Origin: Acidobacteriota bacterium
Lineage (GTDB): Bacteria > Acidobacteriota > UBA890 > WLXD01
Direction of reading: 5' to 3'
DNA length: 64,000 nt
NCBI GenBank assembly: GCA_963666055.2
Contig: CAXWPH010000012.1
Location: forward strand, 192,001-256,000
Shown: positions 10,526-21,480 of the stretch, in pieces
How the letters are laid out: every line of letters begins with the position of its first letter
Numbering within the stretch: the first letter of the stretch is position 1
Notes under the pieces: model-generated
Databases searched by the model: none
Seen by the model: the letters and a program-made list of their open reading frames with translations, nothing else
What the model was told of the DNA's origin: nothing
Made by a program: the position numbers and the translations under genes

Positions 10526-11494
10526 TCAGCTGTTTTCTCGCGCCCAGCGCTCCAGGTAGCCGACGTAGCGTCGCAGCTCCCGGCTGAGGTCGCCCATCGA
10601 GGTGATGTCCTCGATGCTCAGCGGGACCGAAAACGCCACCGTACCAGTGTCTGCCCTCACCAGCTCGAGATGGCCCTGCAACGCGTGCGTGAGCGGCTCT
10701 TCGGTGCCAGTCATATGCGTGTTGGGGTTGGCGTTTGTCGACATCATCTCGGCGTCGACCACCTCCGTTGGCAGATCGCCCGGGTTGCTGGCCGAGTCGG
10801 CGTAGGCGGCATTGCCGTAGTCGCTGACGCTGAGCGCGACCACGTACTCGGCGAGCTCTCGGGCACGCACCAGGCCGAATCCGGGTGAGTTCCGGAGCGC
10901 CTGCCCGAGCTGTTGCTGCACGGTCGCCAGCTCTCCCTGACCGAGCATCAGTGCGTTGTCCAGGCCGGTGTCGTGTTCTCTTACCGACGTATCCATCTCC
11001 GCGACGAAAGCGCGCGGTGCCTTGAGCCGTTCCTTCAGGTCGCGGGGCGGATCGGCCACCTCCTTCAGCTGCTCGATCTCGAGGCTCATGTTCCGGCCCG
11101 CCTGATGGGCAAGGATAGTTTGCTCCCAGCAGATGTCGTAGTCACCCAGGCCGAAGGACGCAATCCCAGCCCAGAAGTAGATATCGGCTACCCCGGGATT
11201 GAGATCGTCGGCGGCCAGAAACGCCTCTAGCGCGCCTTTCTCATCTCCGAGCTGTCCAAGAGCCATACCCTTGAGAAACTGTGCCGTCCACAGGCCGCCA
11301 TCCTCCTGCAGGGCGCTGTCGAGCAATCGCAGAGCGAACTCCGCTTCATCGTGATCAATATGCCATTGAGCCCTTCGAATCGTCTGATCTTGTAGCTCGG
11401 CCTCGACCTCTTGCGCAGCTGCGCCCGCCGCACTCGGTGACACCGTCGCAGCGAGCGTGACCAGCACCAGCGTCGCCGTCGAAATGGAGCTCAT
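10526..11494 (-). CDS. Secreted tetratricopeptide-repeat protein
   Basis: Signal peptide followed by TPR-like helices (AQFLKGMALGQLGD..ALEAF..LNP..IYFWAG). Confidence 0.7.
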   Translation of the reverse strand: MSSISTATLVLVTLAATVSPSAAGAAAQEVEAELQDQTIRRAQWHIDHDEAEFALRLLDSALQEDGGLWTAQFLKGMALGQLGDEKGALEAFLAADDLNPGVADIYFWAGIASFGLGDYDICWEQTILAHQAGRNMSLEIEQLKEVADPPRDLKERLKAPRAFVAEMDTSVREHDTGLDNALMLGQGELATVQQQLGQALRNSPGFGLVRARELAEYVVALSVSDYGNAAYADSASNPGDLPTEVVDAEMMSTNANPNTHMTGTEEPLTHALQGHLELVRADTGTVAFSVPLSIEDITSMGDLSRELRRYVGYLERWARENS

Positions 11495-11621
11495 GGAGGT
11501 GTCCTTCACGGTAGGAGGCTCGCGGCCGCAGCCTGAGCGCCGCCTGATTCTACCGCAGCCGAACAGCTTCCGGTCTGTTGTCGACGGCACATTCGTGACC
11601 TGCGGCCGACCCGTGCGCCGG

Positions 11622-12749
11622 TCAGATCCGCAGGAAGACCCGCTTTCGGTAGAGGAGGTACAAGAACCCCCATTCGACGAGCACGAAGCCGCTCCACCAG
11701 AGCGTCGCTCTGGCGGGCTCGCTGAACGGTCTCAGCAAGCCCTGCAGGAAGAAGTCCGTCGAGTGGCCGAAGTCGACGATCAACCCGGCCATGTAGATGA
11801 GGATGGAGTTCATGCCGATGACGATGAAGAACATCGCCCATCGCCTCTTGCCCCACACGTCGATCACCGCGTAGAAGGCGGCGAGCAGGAGCAGGCTCCA
11901 CCCGCCGGCATATAAGACGAAGGAGCTCGTCCACAAGTTCTTGTTGATCGGAAAGACCAGATCCCAGAGCGCCCCGGACAGCAAGCCCACCGCACCGGCC
12001 CCGATCAAGATCCAAACCTTGCGCACGGCTGTGACGCCGGCATGGCGGCTGCGCAGCAGATGACCGGCGAACGCCCCGAGCAGTGCTGTCGAGATCGCTG
12101 GAATCGTCGACAGCAATCCCTCCGGATCATGGACACCCAGGTGCAGCCTGCCGGGAATCAGTAGTCGATCGAGGTAGCCAGCGAGGCTCCCGTCCACGGT
12201 CAGCTGGCCGGCGCCGTGGCCGGGCACCGGGATCAGCGTCATGGCTGCCCAATAGCCGAGAAGCAAGCTAGCGAACCAAGCGACCTGCGCGCGCCAGCGA
12301 GTGTTCAACACAATGAGAGCAGCGAACATATACGCCAAACCGATCCTCCCCAGCACGCTGGGGTAGCGCATCTGCTCGGCGCTCACGCGGAACAGCCCGT
12401 TGTTGTAGACGACTCCCAGGGCGACCAACACGAGGCCGCGCCGGACGACGTGGAGGATCAGCGCCCGCTTGTCCTCGCCGCGCTCCAGGCGCCCGGTTAG
12501 CGAGAACGGCATCGCCACGCCAGCGACAAACAGAAAGAGCGGGAAGATCAGGTCGTAGAAGACGAACCCGTCCCATTCGACATGACGTAGCTGGATCGAG
12601 CCCCACACTGCCAACGACCAGCCGGTGAGCTCGGCGAGCGCGTGGACGATGTCCTCGCCGCCGATGATCCAGAACATTACGAAGCCGCGCAGGGCATCCA
12701 GTGACCCTAAGCGAGCAGCACGCGTTGAGGGCGCTGCCAACGAACCCAC
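11622..12749 (-). CDS. Heparan-alpha-glucosaminide N-acetyltransferase-like (DUF5009/NagX) membrane protein
   Basis: RLGSLDALRG, DLIFPLFLF, VLGRIG, DPEGLLS, PINKNLWTSS, GMNSI. Confidence 0.9.
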   Translation of the reverse strand: MGSLAAPSTRAARLGSLDALRGFVMFWIIGGEDIVHALAELTGWSLAVWGSIQLRHVEWDGFVFYDLIFPLFLFVAGVAMPFSLTGRLERGEDKRALILHVVRRGLVLVALGVVYNNGLFRVSAEQMRYPSVLGRIGLAYMFAALIVLNTRWRAQVAWFASLLLGYWAAMTLIPVPGHGAGQLTVDGSLAGYLDRLLIPGRLHLGVHDPEGLLSTIPAISTALLGAFAGHLLRSRHAGVTAVRKVWILIGAGAVGLLSGALWDLVFPINKNLWTSSFVLYAGGWSLLLLAAFYAVIDVWGKRRWAMFFIVIGMNSILIYMAGLIVDFGHSTDFFLQGLLRPFSEPARATLWWSGFVLVEWGFLYLLYRKRVFLRI

Positions 12750-12765
12750 GCGGCGGTTCGCCTGG

Positions 12766-15091
12766 CTACTCGCCTTCCACCACCTGCAACGGCATCAGCC
12801 GGATCGCCTGGCCATCGGCGGTCGTATCCACTAACTGCAGCTCGACCAGGTACTCGTCGGGGTCGAGATACGGCAGCGGCAGAACCCCGCCGTGTACGCC
12901 GGGCCCCTCCAGCTGCAGTGCCTGGGGCCGGCACTTCGGCGATGGTACGTCGCGTGGCGCGATGGAAGATCGAAGCAGAAACGTAGGGGCTCGTGGCGCC
13001 GCGAACCTGAACGCTCGCGGAGATCTGGATGCCCGCAGGCACGCCCTGCTCTAGCAAGGGTCTGAGCCCGGCATCGGCGTCCACCACCACGAGCATCGGG
13101 TCCGCCATCGTCCACCCAGCGCTGGACGGAACCCGTATCTGCAGCCTTGAGGTGCCGAGTCGGTCACCGCCGTCTTCGGCCACCAGCAGACGGATATCGT
13201 AGGTCCCCGGCTCGACCGACCACTCCGTCGTATAGCGGAAGTGTCGGAAGGCTGCATCAGGTGCGTACTCCGCCAGATCCGCACGTGGCTGAACCACCTC
13301 GTGGGTCTCGCCGCTGATCTCGCCGGCACGGTTCAACACGATCGCATGGACGCGGAAGAACGGGATGCCGAGCATGTCGATCATTGCCTCGGGGATATCC
13401 TCGGCGGGATCGATTCCTCCGAACGCCGGTGCCCAGCTACCGGTGACCGCCTCTGCGGGCCGTGGCAACCCGGCAACCAGCACGATCTTGGCCGAGCCGT
13501 CGGCCTCAAAACGGTGGAACGCCGCGGTAGGCACGGGGCGTCCCATGACCGAACCCGGCAAGGCCAAGGCGGCGGCTACCTTGAGCGTCTCGAGCTCCGA
13601 GCCCGGCAGCTCTCGATAGCCTGGCCGCGCTCGCACCTCGGCATCCGGGTAGCTCACCCGCACCTCGATCTCGTGGTATTCACCATCCTCGTGCGGCGCT
13701 GGCGGCTCATAGAAGATCAGGTAGAACTGCGTCGAGTCGTTGTATTGCTCCTCGAACGCCCGGTCGAGATCACCCCAGCCGATGAACGCCCGGCCGCCGG
13801 TCTTGGCAGCCAACTCCACGAGCGGTGCGGTGAGGTCGCGATAGGCCGGCCGGACGTGGCGTCGCAATGCCGTGGAGACCAAGCCCTGGCCAATGGCGGC
13901 GCTGGTGCCGAGGCTGTTGAGCTCCGAGATCGGTCGCGGATCGACCGTGTAGATGCTCACGTTACCCGTGTTCGCCGTCTCGTACACCTCCTGCATCAAG
14001 TCCAGGATATGCGTATTGGGTGCCGACCTTGCCAGAGTCGATGTTCCCATCGGAGCGTCGACCGCCTCACGTACCGCTGCCGAGAACGCCGAGTAGGGTC
14101 CACCCTCGGTGATCATCGCACCCGACGAGATCCACACCAGGGCGGTGCGGCCCTCCATTGCCGACAAGGCGTTGGTGAACTGAAGAAGTGTGCGGAGCGT
14201 CCGTTCGCCGCGCAGACGCTCGACCTCGCCGTCTCTCTCGGCCTTTCGCTCTAGATTCTCGACGATGTTGCGCACCGTAATGGGCATGGAGTCGTCCAGG
14301 CCTCGTGCGCCGGCCGACGCCGCATTCTGCGCGTCGATAGCCAGCTGCATCAGTGGCTGATACTCGCGCTCCATGCGGCTGAAGATAGACGTGCTCGTTA
14401 GCCCTGCCGCCGCCACCGCCGCCGCCGTGTTACGAAGCACTTCACGATCGGTCGTCAATGGGGCCAGCTCCTGAACGGTGCCGCTGTTATCGATCATGAA
14501 CACGCTGCGCGGTACCTCCAGGTCGCCCTCCCCTTCGAAGAACGCCTCGAAAGTCTTGGTCAGCCGCGGCTTGTTCCGTCGATCCAGACTCGGCAGGTCG
14601 ACCAGATAGACGACCGCACCCAGACTCGCCGGGCTTCGCCGGACCGGCGTGGGCTCCGCCGGCGCGTTGGGCGGTTGCGGGCGCGCCAGCGGTTGGCTGT
14701 CCCCCGGGTTGCCGTCAATGTCGCCATTGAACGCCGTGGCCGCCTCGTCATGAGATGCCACGGTGGTGACCTGTCCTTCTGTCAGGCTGACGAACTGGAC
14801 GTTCAAGATCTCCTGCTCGACCCCGTCCTCGAAGACCCGGAAGTCGTCCGCCTTCAAGTCGTCGATAAAGCTGCCGTCTTTGTCGGAAACGATGGCGTCG
14901 ACACGCACGCGCGTCACCGCGGACCGAAAGTTCGGTTTCTGTGTCGGCAGCGCCTCCTGCGCCAACTTCCCAGACGACGTCGCACTCGAGCTCGCGCCAG
15001 CCGCCACGCCGGCGCTCGAAACCGCCGGCCCCGTGAAGGTCAACGCCAGGAGGAGCCCGAAAAACCGAATCGCGCGCTCGCGCTCTTTCAC
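12766..15091 (-). CDS. VWA domain protein (Acidobacterial VWFA-related), frameshifted near 12925
   Basis: FRSAVTRVRVDAIVSDKDG..DDFRVFEDGVEQEI, WISSG, IYTVDPR, TGG, FYLIFYEP, VRARPGY. Removing one base from GGGG (12924-12927) restores a plausible C-terminus ending at 12766. Confidence 0.85.
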
Positions 15092-15189
15092 CGAAGATCT
15101 CCTGCGCCCCAGGGCATCTCACACATCGCCTTAAACCTATCTGCCGGGCACGGGCCGGTTCAACTGCCCGCCAACCCTGGATGTGGGCG

Positions 15190-15460
15190 TCGCCGCCATC
15201 GCCGCACCTATTGTCTCGGATCGCCGGTACTCATCGCCCAGCTTGCGCTCGAGCTTGGCTGCCTCACGCAGAACGACACCGCCGTGCATGATCAATCTGC
15301 TGGGGACGATGGCCGCGATGATGAGAAGACTATCAAACGACGCTCCAATGCCGAGCTAAGCAAGGAAAAGACTGCGACACCTCGGGTTCCCGCGGCCATC
15401 GGAGCGGCCCCTTGTCGAGGTCATCCGGGTCGGGTCGTTGCGTCCGGTGTGCGCGGGCTC
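15190..15460 (-). pseudogene. Decayed isoprenylcysteine carboxyl methyltransferase (ICMT/PEMT) family remnant
   Basis: Minus-strand translation GNPRCRSLFLA*LGIG...VLREAAKLERKLGDEYRR, then frameshifted VRRW. This resembles the family consensus RNPMY..YLG...EE..L..KFG..Y..Y...VRRW. Confidence 0.55.
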
Positions 15461-15508
15461 CATTCTACTGGTCGCCGCGTCCACGCCCCTTGGATCAGGA
15501 GATTTCGG

Positions 15509-17032
15509 ATGAGCGAGCGCCGAGCTTCAAAGATACCGACGACAAGGACGCTGGCGGCCGGGTTGATCCTCACCCTCGGCGCTTGGGCAAACGGACAGGA
15601 ACCCGCCGACATCCCGCGGTTGGAGCCGGCGGAATGCGTCACCGAGGAACTGGCGGCCGCCGTCGCAGATTGCTATCGCTTCTACGCACAGGAGAATCGC
15701 GACCACCCCAACGGTACGGTGGTCGAGCTACCCCTGGGGATCATCCCGCCAAAGAGCGGCACCGCGCCGTCCGTTGACCCTCTGTTTTACTTTCCCGGCG
15801 GCCCCGGCGGGTCACCGCTCCGCGGCTTCGACTGGTTGCTCGACGTAAGCGGTGATCGCGCCGTCGTCGTCATTGATCATCGCGGGTTCGCCAACGCCAA
15901 GCCACACCTGGAGTGCCCGGGAAGTCAGCTCTCTCCATGGTTCAACCAGCTGTCGCCAGCGATCGTCTCATCCACCGACACCTGGGAGCGGCTGCGCATC
16001 CATGCCGAATCCGTCGAGCGCTGCTACGAGAAACTGGTCGGCGAGGGCATCGACGTTGCCCACTACAACGAGTACGACGTTGCCCGCGACGTTGACGAGA
16101 TTCGTGCCCTGCTCGGCTACGACAAGATCAACATCCTCGGTTGGTCGACCGGCGGCGGTGGGGTGATCTCGTACTTGCGCTACTACCAGGAAAACGTGCG
16201 CTCCATGGTCCTCGGCGCGCCGTGGTTCGGCGAATACCGCAACCGCGCCGCGATCGACGAGTTCTACACCTTGAAACAAAAGTACACGGACATCCTGGGG
16301 CTCTGTGTGGCCGAGGATCCACACTGCCGAGAGCTGCTGCCCGCCTGGTACTACGCCATCGATCGCGCCCGGCGCGCCCTCGACGAAAAGCCCTTCCTGA
16401 GCGCCGTCGAGACCAGCACAGGCGAGCCGCGCACGTTGTCTTTCGACGGCGTCGCGCTGATGGGCAAGATCTACCGCGACTTCGAGAACATCTACGCCAG
16501 GTTGCCGAACGTCCTCTCGAGGATCCAGCGCCATGACTACTCGGCCCTGGACGACTTCTTCGGAACGGATCAGTGGGTCGAGGTGTCGGGCGACAATACT
16601 TCCGGCATTCTCCCCTACGGCTACTACCTGGCACATATCTGTGGCGACCTGGGAACCAACCGTCCCTCCAAAGACGACGTTCGCGCCATGCTCGAGCGCG
16701 AGCCGGCCCTGCTTGGTTTCGAGGACATCAAGATCTGCGCCTGGTGGGGCGTTGATGGCGCCGTTCCGTCCGAACACAACGATCGTTTCCACTCCGAAGT
16801 TCCGGGATTGTCGCTACACGGCCAGGTCGACTCGTGTTGCGGTATTCGTTGGGGGCACTACGTGGCCAGGACCATGCCCAACCTGCAGCTCGTGGAGTTC
16901 CAGGCGCTCGGACACGGGATCCCGGGGACCTGCCGCACGACGATGATCGCGGGCTTCCTCGAAGACCCGTACGCTGTCGTCGACGCTAGCTGCACGAACG
17001 ATGTGCCGCTGGGCCCCTGGGTCTTCCAGTAG
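15509..17032 (+). CDS. Secreted alpha/beta hydrolase (TAP-like peptidase family)
   Basis: GGPGG, DHRG, GWSTG nucleophile elbow, C-terminal GH; AGGAG RBS before ATG 15509. Confidence 0.8.
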   Translation: MSERRASKIPTTRTLAAGLILTLGAWANGQEPADIPRLEPAECVTEELAAAVADCYRFYAQENRDHPNGTVVELPLGIIPPKSGTAPSVDPLFYFPGGPGGSPLRGFDWLLDVSGDRAVVVIDHRGFANAKPHLECPGSQLSPWFNQLSPAIVSSTDTWERLRIHAESVERCYEKLVGEGIDVAHYNEYDVARDVDEIRALLGYDKINILGWSTGGGGVISYLRYYQENVRSMVLGAPWFGEYRNRAAIDEFYTLKQKYTDILGLCVAEDPHCRELLPAWYYAIDRARRALDEKPFLSAVETSTGEPRTLSFDGVALMGKIYRDFENIYARLPNVLSRIQRHDYSALDDFFGTDQWVEVSGDNTSGILPYGYYLAHICGDLGTNRPSKDDVRAMLEREPALLGFEDIKICAWWGVDGAVPSEHNDRFHSEVPGLSLHGQVDSCCGIRWGHYVARTMPNLQLVEFQALGHGIPGTCRTTMIAGFLEDPYAVVDASCTNDVPLGPWVFQ

Positions 17033-17054
17033 ATAACTGCCGACGGAGGGTTTC

Positions 17055-17603
17055 ATGAGCAATGCTGTCATCGGGCTCGGAATCGTCATCGCGCTCCAGC
17101 TCGCCAGCGCGCCTGCGGGCACATTCCTGCAGAGCAGCGCCGAGGTCGCTGCCGCCACGCTCGTAACCGATGCCGAGATTCGAGCTGTCATCGACGCGGC
17201 TCCAGAAGATCGGGTCAGCGACGTGCAGTTCCGCATGGTGGACGCCGGCGGGTACAACGTCGGCATCGGCGTGGTACAGCGGCCCGCATCGGCGCCCGGG
17301 GGTGCGATCGAACACGACAAGCAAACCGAGATCTACCGCGTCCTGGCGGGTTCGGGGACGCTGATCACGGGTGGCGAGCTGATCGACGGTCAGCGTCTCC
17401 CCTCCGACGGCGACGTCGTCAAGCAGCTGACCGGCCCGAGCTCCTACGGCAGCGGCATTCGAGGCGGCGAAAGCCGGCAGATCACAGCCGGCGACATGGT
17501 CATCATCCCGGCCGGTGTGCCGCACGGGTTCAGCGAGCTGCAGACGGACATCATCTACCTGGTGGTACGGGTGGATCCAGAGCAGCTCGTGCAACTCAAG
17601 TGA
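17055..17603 (+). CDS. Secreted cupin domain protein
   Basis: EH..TEIYRVLAGSG and GDMVIIPAGVPHGF cupin motifs; signal peptide. Confidence 0.85.
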   Translation: MSNAVIGLGIVIALQLASAPAGTFLQSSAEVAAATLVTDAEIRAVIDAAPEDRVSDVQFRMVDAGGYNVGIGVVQRPASAPGGAIEHDKQTEIYRVLAGSGTLITGGELIDGQRLPSDGDVVKQLTGPSSYGSGIRGGESRQITAGDMVIIPAGVPHGFSELQTDIIYLVVRVDPEQLVQLK

Positions 17604-18565
17604 CGGGTGACGCGGCGTTTCGGCGCAAGCATCTCAAAGGCAGCGGCATCGAGTCGACGTACGCCGGGGCGCTGTCGTTCATGCGGCGCAAGTACACCCG
17701 TGACCTGGCCGGGGTCGATATCGCGGTCACCGGCATCCCGTTCGACCAGGCCACCAGCAACCGTCCCGGCACACGCCTCGGGCCTCAGGGGGTGCGGCAA
17801 GCATCGGCGAACTACGCCTGGGGACCGCAGTGGCCATGGATGTTCGACCCGTTCGACACCTTGGCGGTCACCGACTACGGCGATTGCCTGCTCGACTATG
17901 GCAGCCCGACGAAGGCGCCAGGCGCGATCGAGACACACATCAGCGGAATCATAGCCGGCGGCGCATCGTCGCTGGCGATCGGCGGCGATCACTACGTCAC
18001 CTACCCGATTCTACGAGCCTACGCCGAGGACCATGGACCGCTATCGTTGATTCAGTTCGATGCGCACCGGGACGTAGAACCCGGCGGGCGCGAGCGCATC
18101 GACCACGGAACCATGTTTGGCCAGGCTATTCGGGACGGCGTCATCGATCCGCAACGGTCGGTGCAGATCGGCATCCGCACCACCTACCCAGGCGAGCAAG
18201 TGTTCGGCATGCGGGTTCTATACGTCGACGAGGTCCACGCTTCCTCGGCCGAGGAGATCGCTGAGGAGATCCAACGCACGGTCGGCGATCGCAAAGCTTA
18301 TCTGACCTTTGACATCGATTGTCTCGATCCGGCCTTTGCGCCCGGCACCGGCACTCCTGTACCTGGCGGCCTGAGCACGCACCAGGCGTTGTCTATCCTG
18401 CGAAAGCTGACAGATATCGACTATGTTGGCATGGACCTCGTCGAGGTTTCGCCGCCGTACGATCACGCCCAGATCACGTTGCTCGCCGGGGCGGCGATTG
18501 TGCTCGAGTACCTGTGTATCCGCGCCTGGCAAGGCGGCGCACGCGGCACCCAGATGCCGGACTGA
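17600..18565 (+). CDS. speB: Agmatinase (ureohydrolase)
   Basis: RPGTRLGP, GGDH, DAHRD, DHG, DIDCLDPAFAPGTGTP, EVSPPYD. Confidence 0.9.
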   Translation: MTGDAAFRRKHLKGSGIESTYAGALSFMRRKYTRDLAGVDIAVTGIPFDQATSNRPGTRLGPQGVRQASANYAWGPQWPWMFDPFDTLAVTDYGDCLLDYGSPTKAPGAIETHISGIIAGGASSLAIGGDHYVTYPILRAYAEDHGPLSLIQFDAHRDVEPGGRERIDHGTMFGQAIRDGVIDPQRSVQIGIRTTYPGEQVFGMRVLYVDEVHASSAEEIAEEIQRTVGDRKAYLTFDIDCLDPAFAPGTGTPVPGGLSTHQALSILRKLTDIDYVGMDLVEVSPPYDHAQITLLAGAAIVLEYLCIRAWQGGARGTQMPD

Positions 18566-18587
18566 GCCCGCGAACAGGGCGGCCCTT

Positions 18588-20060
18588 CTACTGCCTGGTG
18601 AGCGGTCGGATCTTCAGCTCCCAGGCATCGTGATCGTCGGGCCCGGATGGGCCGATCATCCCCTCGGCTGACTTCAGCAACGCCGCCGGGTCGTACACCA
18701 CCCCTGCCTTGATCACCACGCGGACGTTGCGAGCGGTCGAGATGTCCTCCAGCGGGTTGCCCTCGGCAATAAACAGATCCGCGAGCTTGCCGGGTTCGAT
18801 CGAGCCGAGGCGATCCACGACCCCGAGCGCCCGGGCGCCGTTGATCGTGGCGGCCTTCAGCACCGCTGCCGGTGGCAGCCCGGCGTAGGCCATGACCATC
18901 AACTCGCGCTGGTAGGCGAAGCCTGGCAGCCAGGGCCCTGAAGTGGGCTCGTCGGTGCCGATGATGATCAGATCGGCGCCACCCGATTCGAAGAACGCTC
19001 CAACCTCGGCCATCCGCTGGCGAAAGCTCACCGACTCCACGTAGTCGCCTTGGCGCGCCGGGGTGGAGGCCAGACGCTCCCTGATCCGCGTTTGCGCGTA
19101 CGGCGTGAAGAACTTGAACTCGTCGACCCACACCATGTCCAGCTTCGTATGATTGGCCATGTCACCGCCAAACATCTGCAAGTTGGCATCGAAGTAGACC
19201 TGCTCTTCCAAGAACAGGTCGATCAGACGCTCGAGCTCGACCGGGTCCTCGCTGCTGCCACGCGTGATCCAATGCTCGACTCGATCGAGCCCCATCGCAA
19301 TAGCATCCTCGGGCTCAACGTCGTAGCCCCCAGCGTAGTTAGCGAGATGACTCGTGGTCGTCATGCCACGTCGATGCGCCTGGTCGATGAGGATGCGCAT
19401 CTCGTCCGGAGTCGACTGTTTGATCTTGATGCTCGTGACTCCTCGCTGCGCCCAGTAATCCACCTCGGCACGAATCTCCGGCTCGGTGATGTCGTTCGGC
19501 CACGCCGGGCAGTCGTCTTCGGCTGTCTGGATCTGGTACTCGCATCGGAACGCACCGAAGTAGGGTCCAGACGCGAATACGCGCGCCCCGATCGCCTCGC
19601 CACGATCGATCCGGTCGCGCGCTTCGATGACGCGCTCGGGAAAGAACTCCCCCGCCGACCAGGTGGCGGTCACACCGTTTGCCAGAAAGATGATCGAGTT
19701 GTAGGTAACCTCCTCGGCGCGCCCTACCCCCACCATGTTCATGTTGTGGTGCGCGTGGAGATCGATCATCCCCGGCAAGATGGTGGCACCGTCGTCGAGC
19801 TCAATCACCCGTGCCGCCGGGAAATAGCGGCCGCTGAGGTCGGCGCCGACCTCGATAAACTTGCCGTCTCGGATGACGATCCCGGTGTTGCGAACGCGTG
19901 TATCGCGGATGCCGTCGAACAGCCAGCCGCCGGTGATCACGACCTCACGAGGCGGCGCCTGAGCCCACTGTCCGGCCGCCGGCGCCACCCCGGATACCGC
20001 CAGCACCGCCAGCACCACCAGGCCCGCAATATTGGATGCGCGCACCCCTCCCGTCTTCAT
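18588..20060 (-). CDS. Secreted metal-dependent amidohydrolase
   Basis: PGMIDLHAH, NGVT, EH, GTD, LGSIEPGKLADL. Confidence 0.9.
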   Translation of the reverse strand: MKTGGVRASNIAGLVVLAVLAVSGVAPAAGQWAQAPPREVVITGGWLFDGIRDTRVRNTGIVIRDGKFIEVGADLSGRYFPAARVIELDDGATILPGMIDLHAHHNMNMVGVGRAEEVTYNSIIFLANGVTATWSAGEFFPERVIEARDRIDRGEAIGARVFASGPYFGAFRCEYQIQTAEDDCPAWPNDITEPEIRAEVDYWAQRGVTSIKIKQSTPDEMRILIDQAHRRGMTTTSHLANYAGGYDVEPEDAIAMGLDRVEHWITRGSSEDPVELERLIDLFLEEQVYFDANLQMFGGDMANHTKLDMVWVDEFKFFTPYAQTRIRERLASTPARQGDYVESVSFRQRMAEVGAFFESGGADLIIIGTDEPTSGPWLPGFAYQRELMVMAYAGLPPAAVLKAATINGARALGVVDRLGSIEPGKLADLFIAEGNPLEDISTARNVRVVIKAGVVYDPAALLKSAEGMIGPSGPDDHDAWELKIRPLTRQ

Positions 20061-20136
20061 GTCTCGCCCTCCAGGTCAGCAGTGGAACTCACGCACAGCA
20101 AACTTCGGCCACTGGACTGCCGTCCAACGCGTGCCG

Positions 20137-21408
20137 CTATGACGCAGACAGCGCTTGATCCAAGTCGCCGAGAATATCGTCGATATGCTCGATGCCCACG
20201 CAAAGCCGGATCATGTCCGGAGTCACGCCGGCGGCCTTTAGCTCGGCGTCGTTCAGCTGCCGGTGGGTGGTAGACGCCGGGTGGGCGGCGAGTGATTTGG
20301 CATCGCCGATGTTCACCAGCCGTTTGAACAACTCGAGCGCATCGTAGAATTTCACCCCGGCGTCAAATCCCCCCTTGGCCCCGAAGCTCAACAGCGCGGA
20401 TGGACGGCCGTTGGTGTACTTCTGCGCCAGGTCGTAGTACTTCGAGTCCGGCAAGCCCGCATAGTGCACCCAATCCACTTTGGCGTGTCCTTGCAGAAAC
20501 TCCGCTACCGCCTGCGCATTGTCCACATGCCGCTCCATGCGCAGCGGCAGCGTCTCAATGCCCTGCAAGATCAGGAACGCGTTGAACGGGCTGATGGCCG
20601 AACCGGTATTGCGCAGCGGCACAGTCCGCGCTCGTCCGATATACGCGGCCGGGCCTAGGGCGTCGGTATAGACGACGCCGTGATAGGAGGGCTCAGGCTG
20701 GGTGAGGCCCGGGAACTTGTCGGCATGATCGGCCCATGGAAAGTTCCCGCTATCGACGATCAGGCCGCCAAGCGAGTTACCGTGGCCGCCCATGTACTTG
20801 GTCAGCGAGTGCACAACGATGTCGACGCCGTAGTCGATCGGCTTGAGCAGCGGGGGCGGAGCCACCGTGTTGTCCACGATGACCGGAATACCGTGTTCGT
20901 GCGCCATCGTCGAGATCGCTTCGATGTCGGCAATATTGCCGGCGGGGTTGCCGATGGTCTCCGCGAAAACCGCAACCGTCTTGTCGTCGATCAGCTTTTC
21001 CAAATTGGCAGAGCTGTCGTCTTCCGCAAAGCGCACTTCAATGCCTTGCTTGGGCAACATGTGGGCAAATAGCGTGTAGGTACCGCCATACAGAAGGGGC
21101 ACGGAGACCACGTTGTTGCCGGCTTCGGCAATGTTGAGAATCGAATAGTTGGTCGCGGCTTGACCGGAGCTCACGGCCAGACCCGCGACGCCCCCCTCCA
21201 GTGCCGCAACGCGTTGTTCGAGCACATCCGCCGTGGGATTCATGATGCGGGTATAAATGTTACCCGGAACGGCAAGATTAAAGAGATCGGCCCCGTGCTG
21301 CGCATTGTCAAACTCGTAGGCCACGGTTTGATAGATCGGTACCGCCACCGCTTTGGTTGTCGGGTCGGTTGTATAGCCGGCATGTATGGCCAGCGTTTCG
21401 TCCTTCAT
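20137..21408 (-). CDS. metY: O-acetylhomoserine aminocarboxypropyltransferase (PLP-dependent)
   Basis: PIYQT, YTRIMNPT, DNT, HSLTK (PLP lysine), NIGDAKSL..HPASTTH; next to metA. Confidence 0.92.
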   Translation of the reverse strand: MKDETLAIHAGYTTDPTTKAVAVPIYQTVAYEFDNAQHGADLFNLAVPGNIYTRIMNPTADVLEQRVAALEGGVAGLAVSSGQAATNYSILNIAEAGNNVVSVPLLYGGTYTLFAHMLPKQGIEVRFAEDDSSANLEKLIDDKTVAVFAETIGNPAGNIADIEAISTMAHEHGIPVIVDNTVAPPPLLKPIDYGVDIVVHSLTKYMGGHGNSLGGLIVDSGNFPWADHADKFPGLTQPEPSYHGVVYTDALGPAAYIGRARTVPLRNTGSAISPFNAFLILQGIETLPLRMERHVDNAQAVAEFLQGHAKVDWVHYAGLPDSKYYDLAQKYTNGRPSALLSFGAKGGFDAGVKFYDALELFKRLVNIGDAKSLAAHPASTTHRQLNDAELKAAGVTPDMIRLCVGIEHIDDILGDLDQALSAS

Positions 21409-21480
21409 GTGAATCTTCTCTCCCTTGTCAGTTACCTGTGTCGTCGACGATAGCGAAATCACCTGCGGATGGTTGGCGAG

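Noticed and set aside
14675-15508. Long N-terminal extension of the 785-aa ORF
   Set aside because: Antisense to the VWA gene and the ICMT remnant; RBS and signal peptide support ATG 15509.
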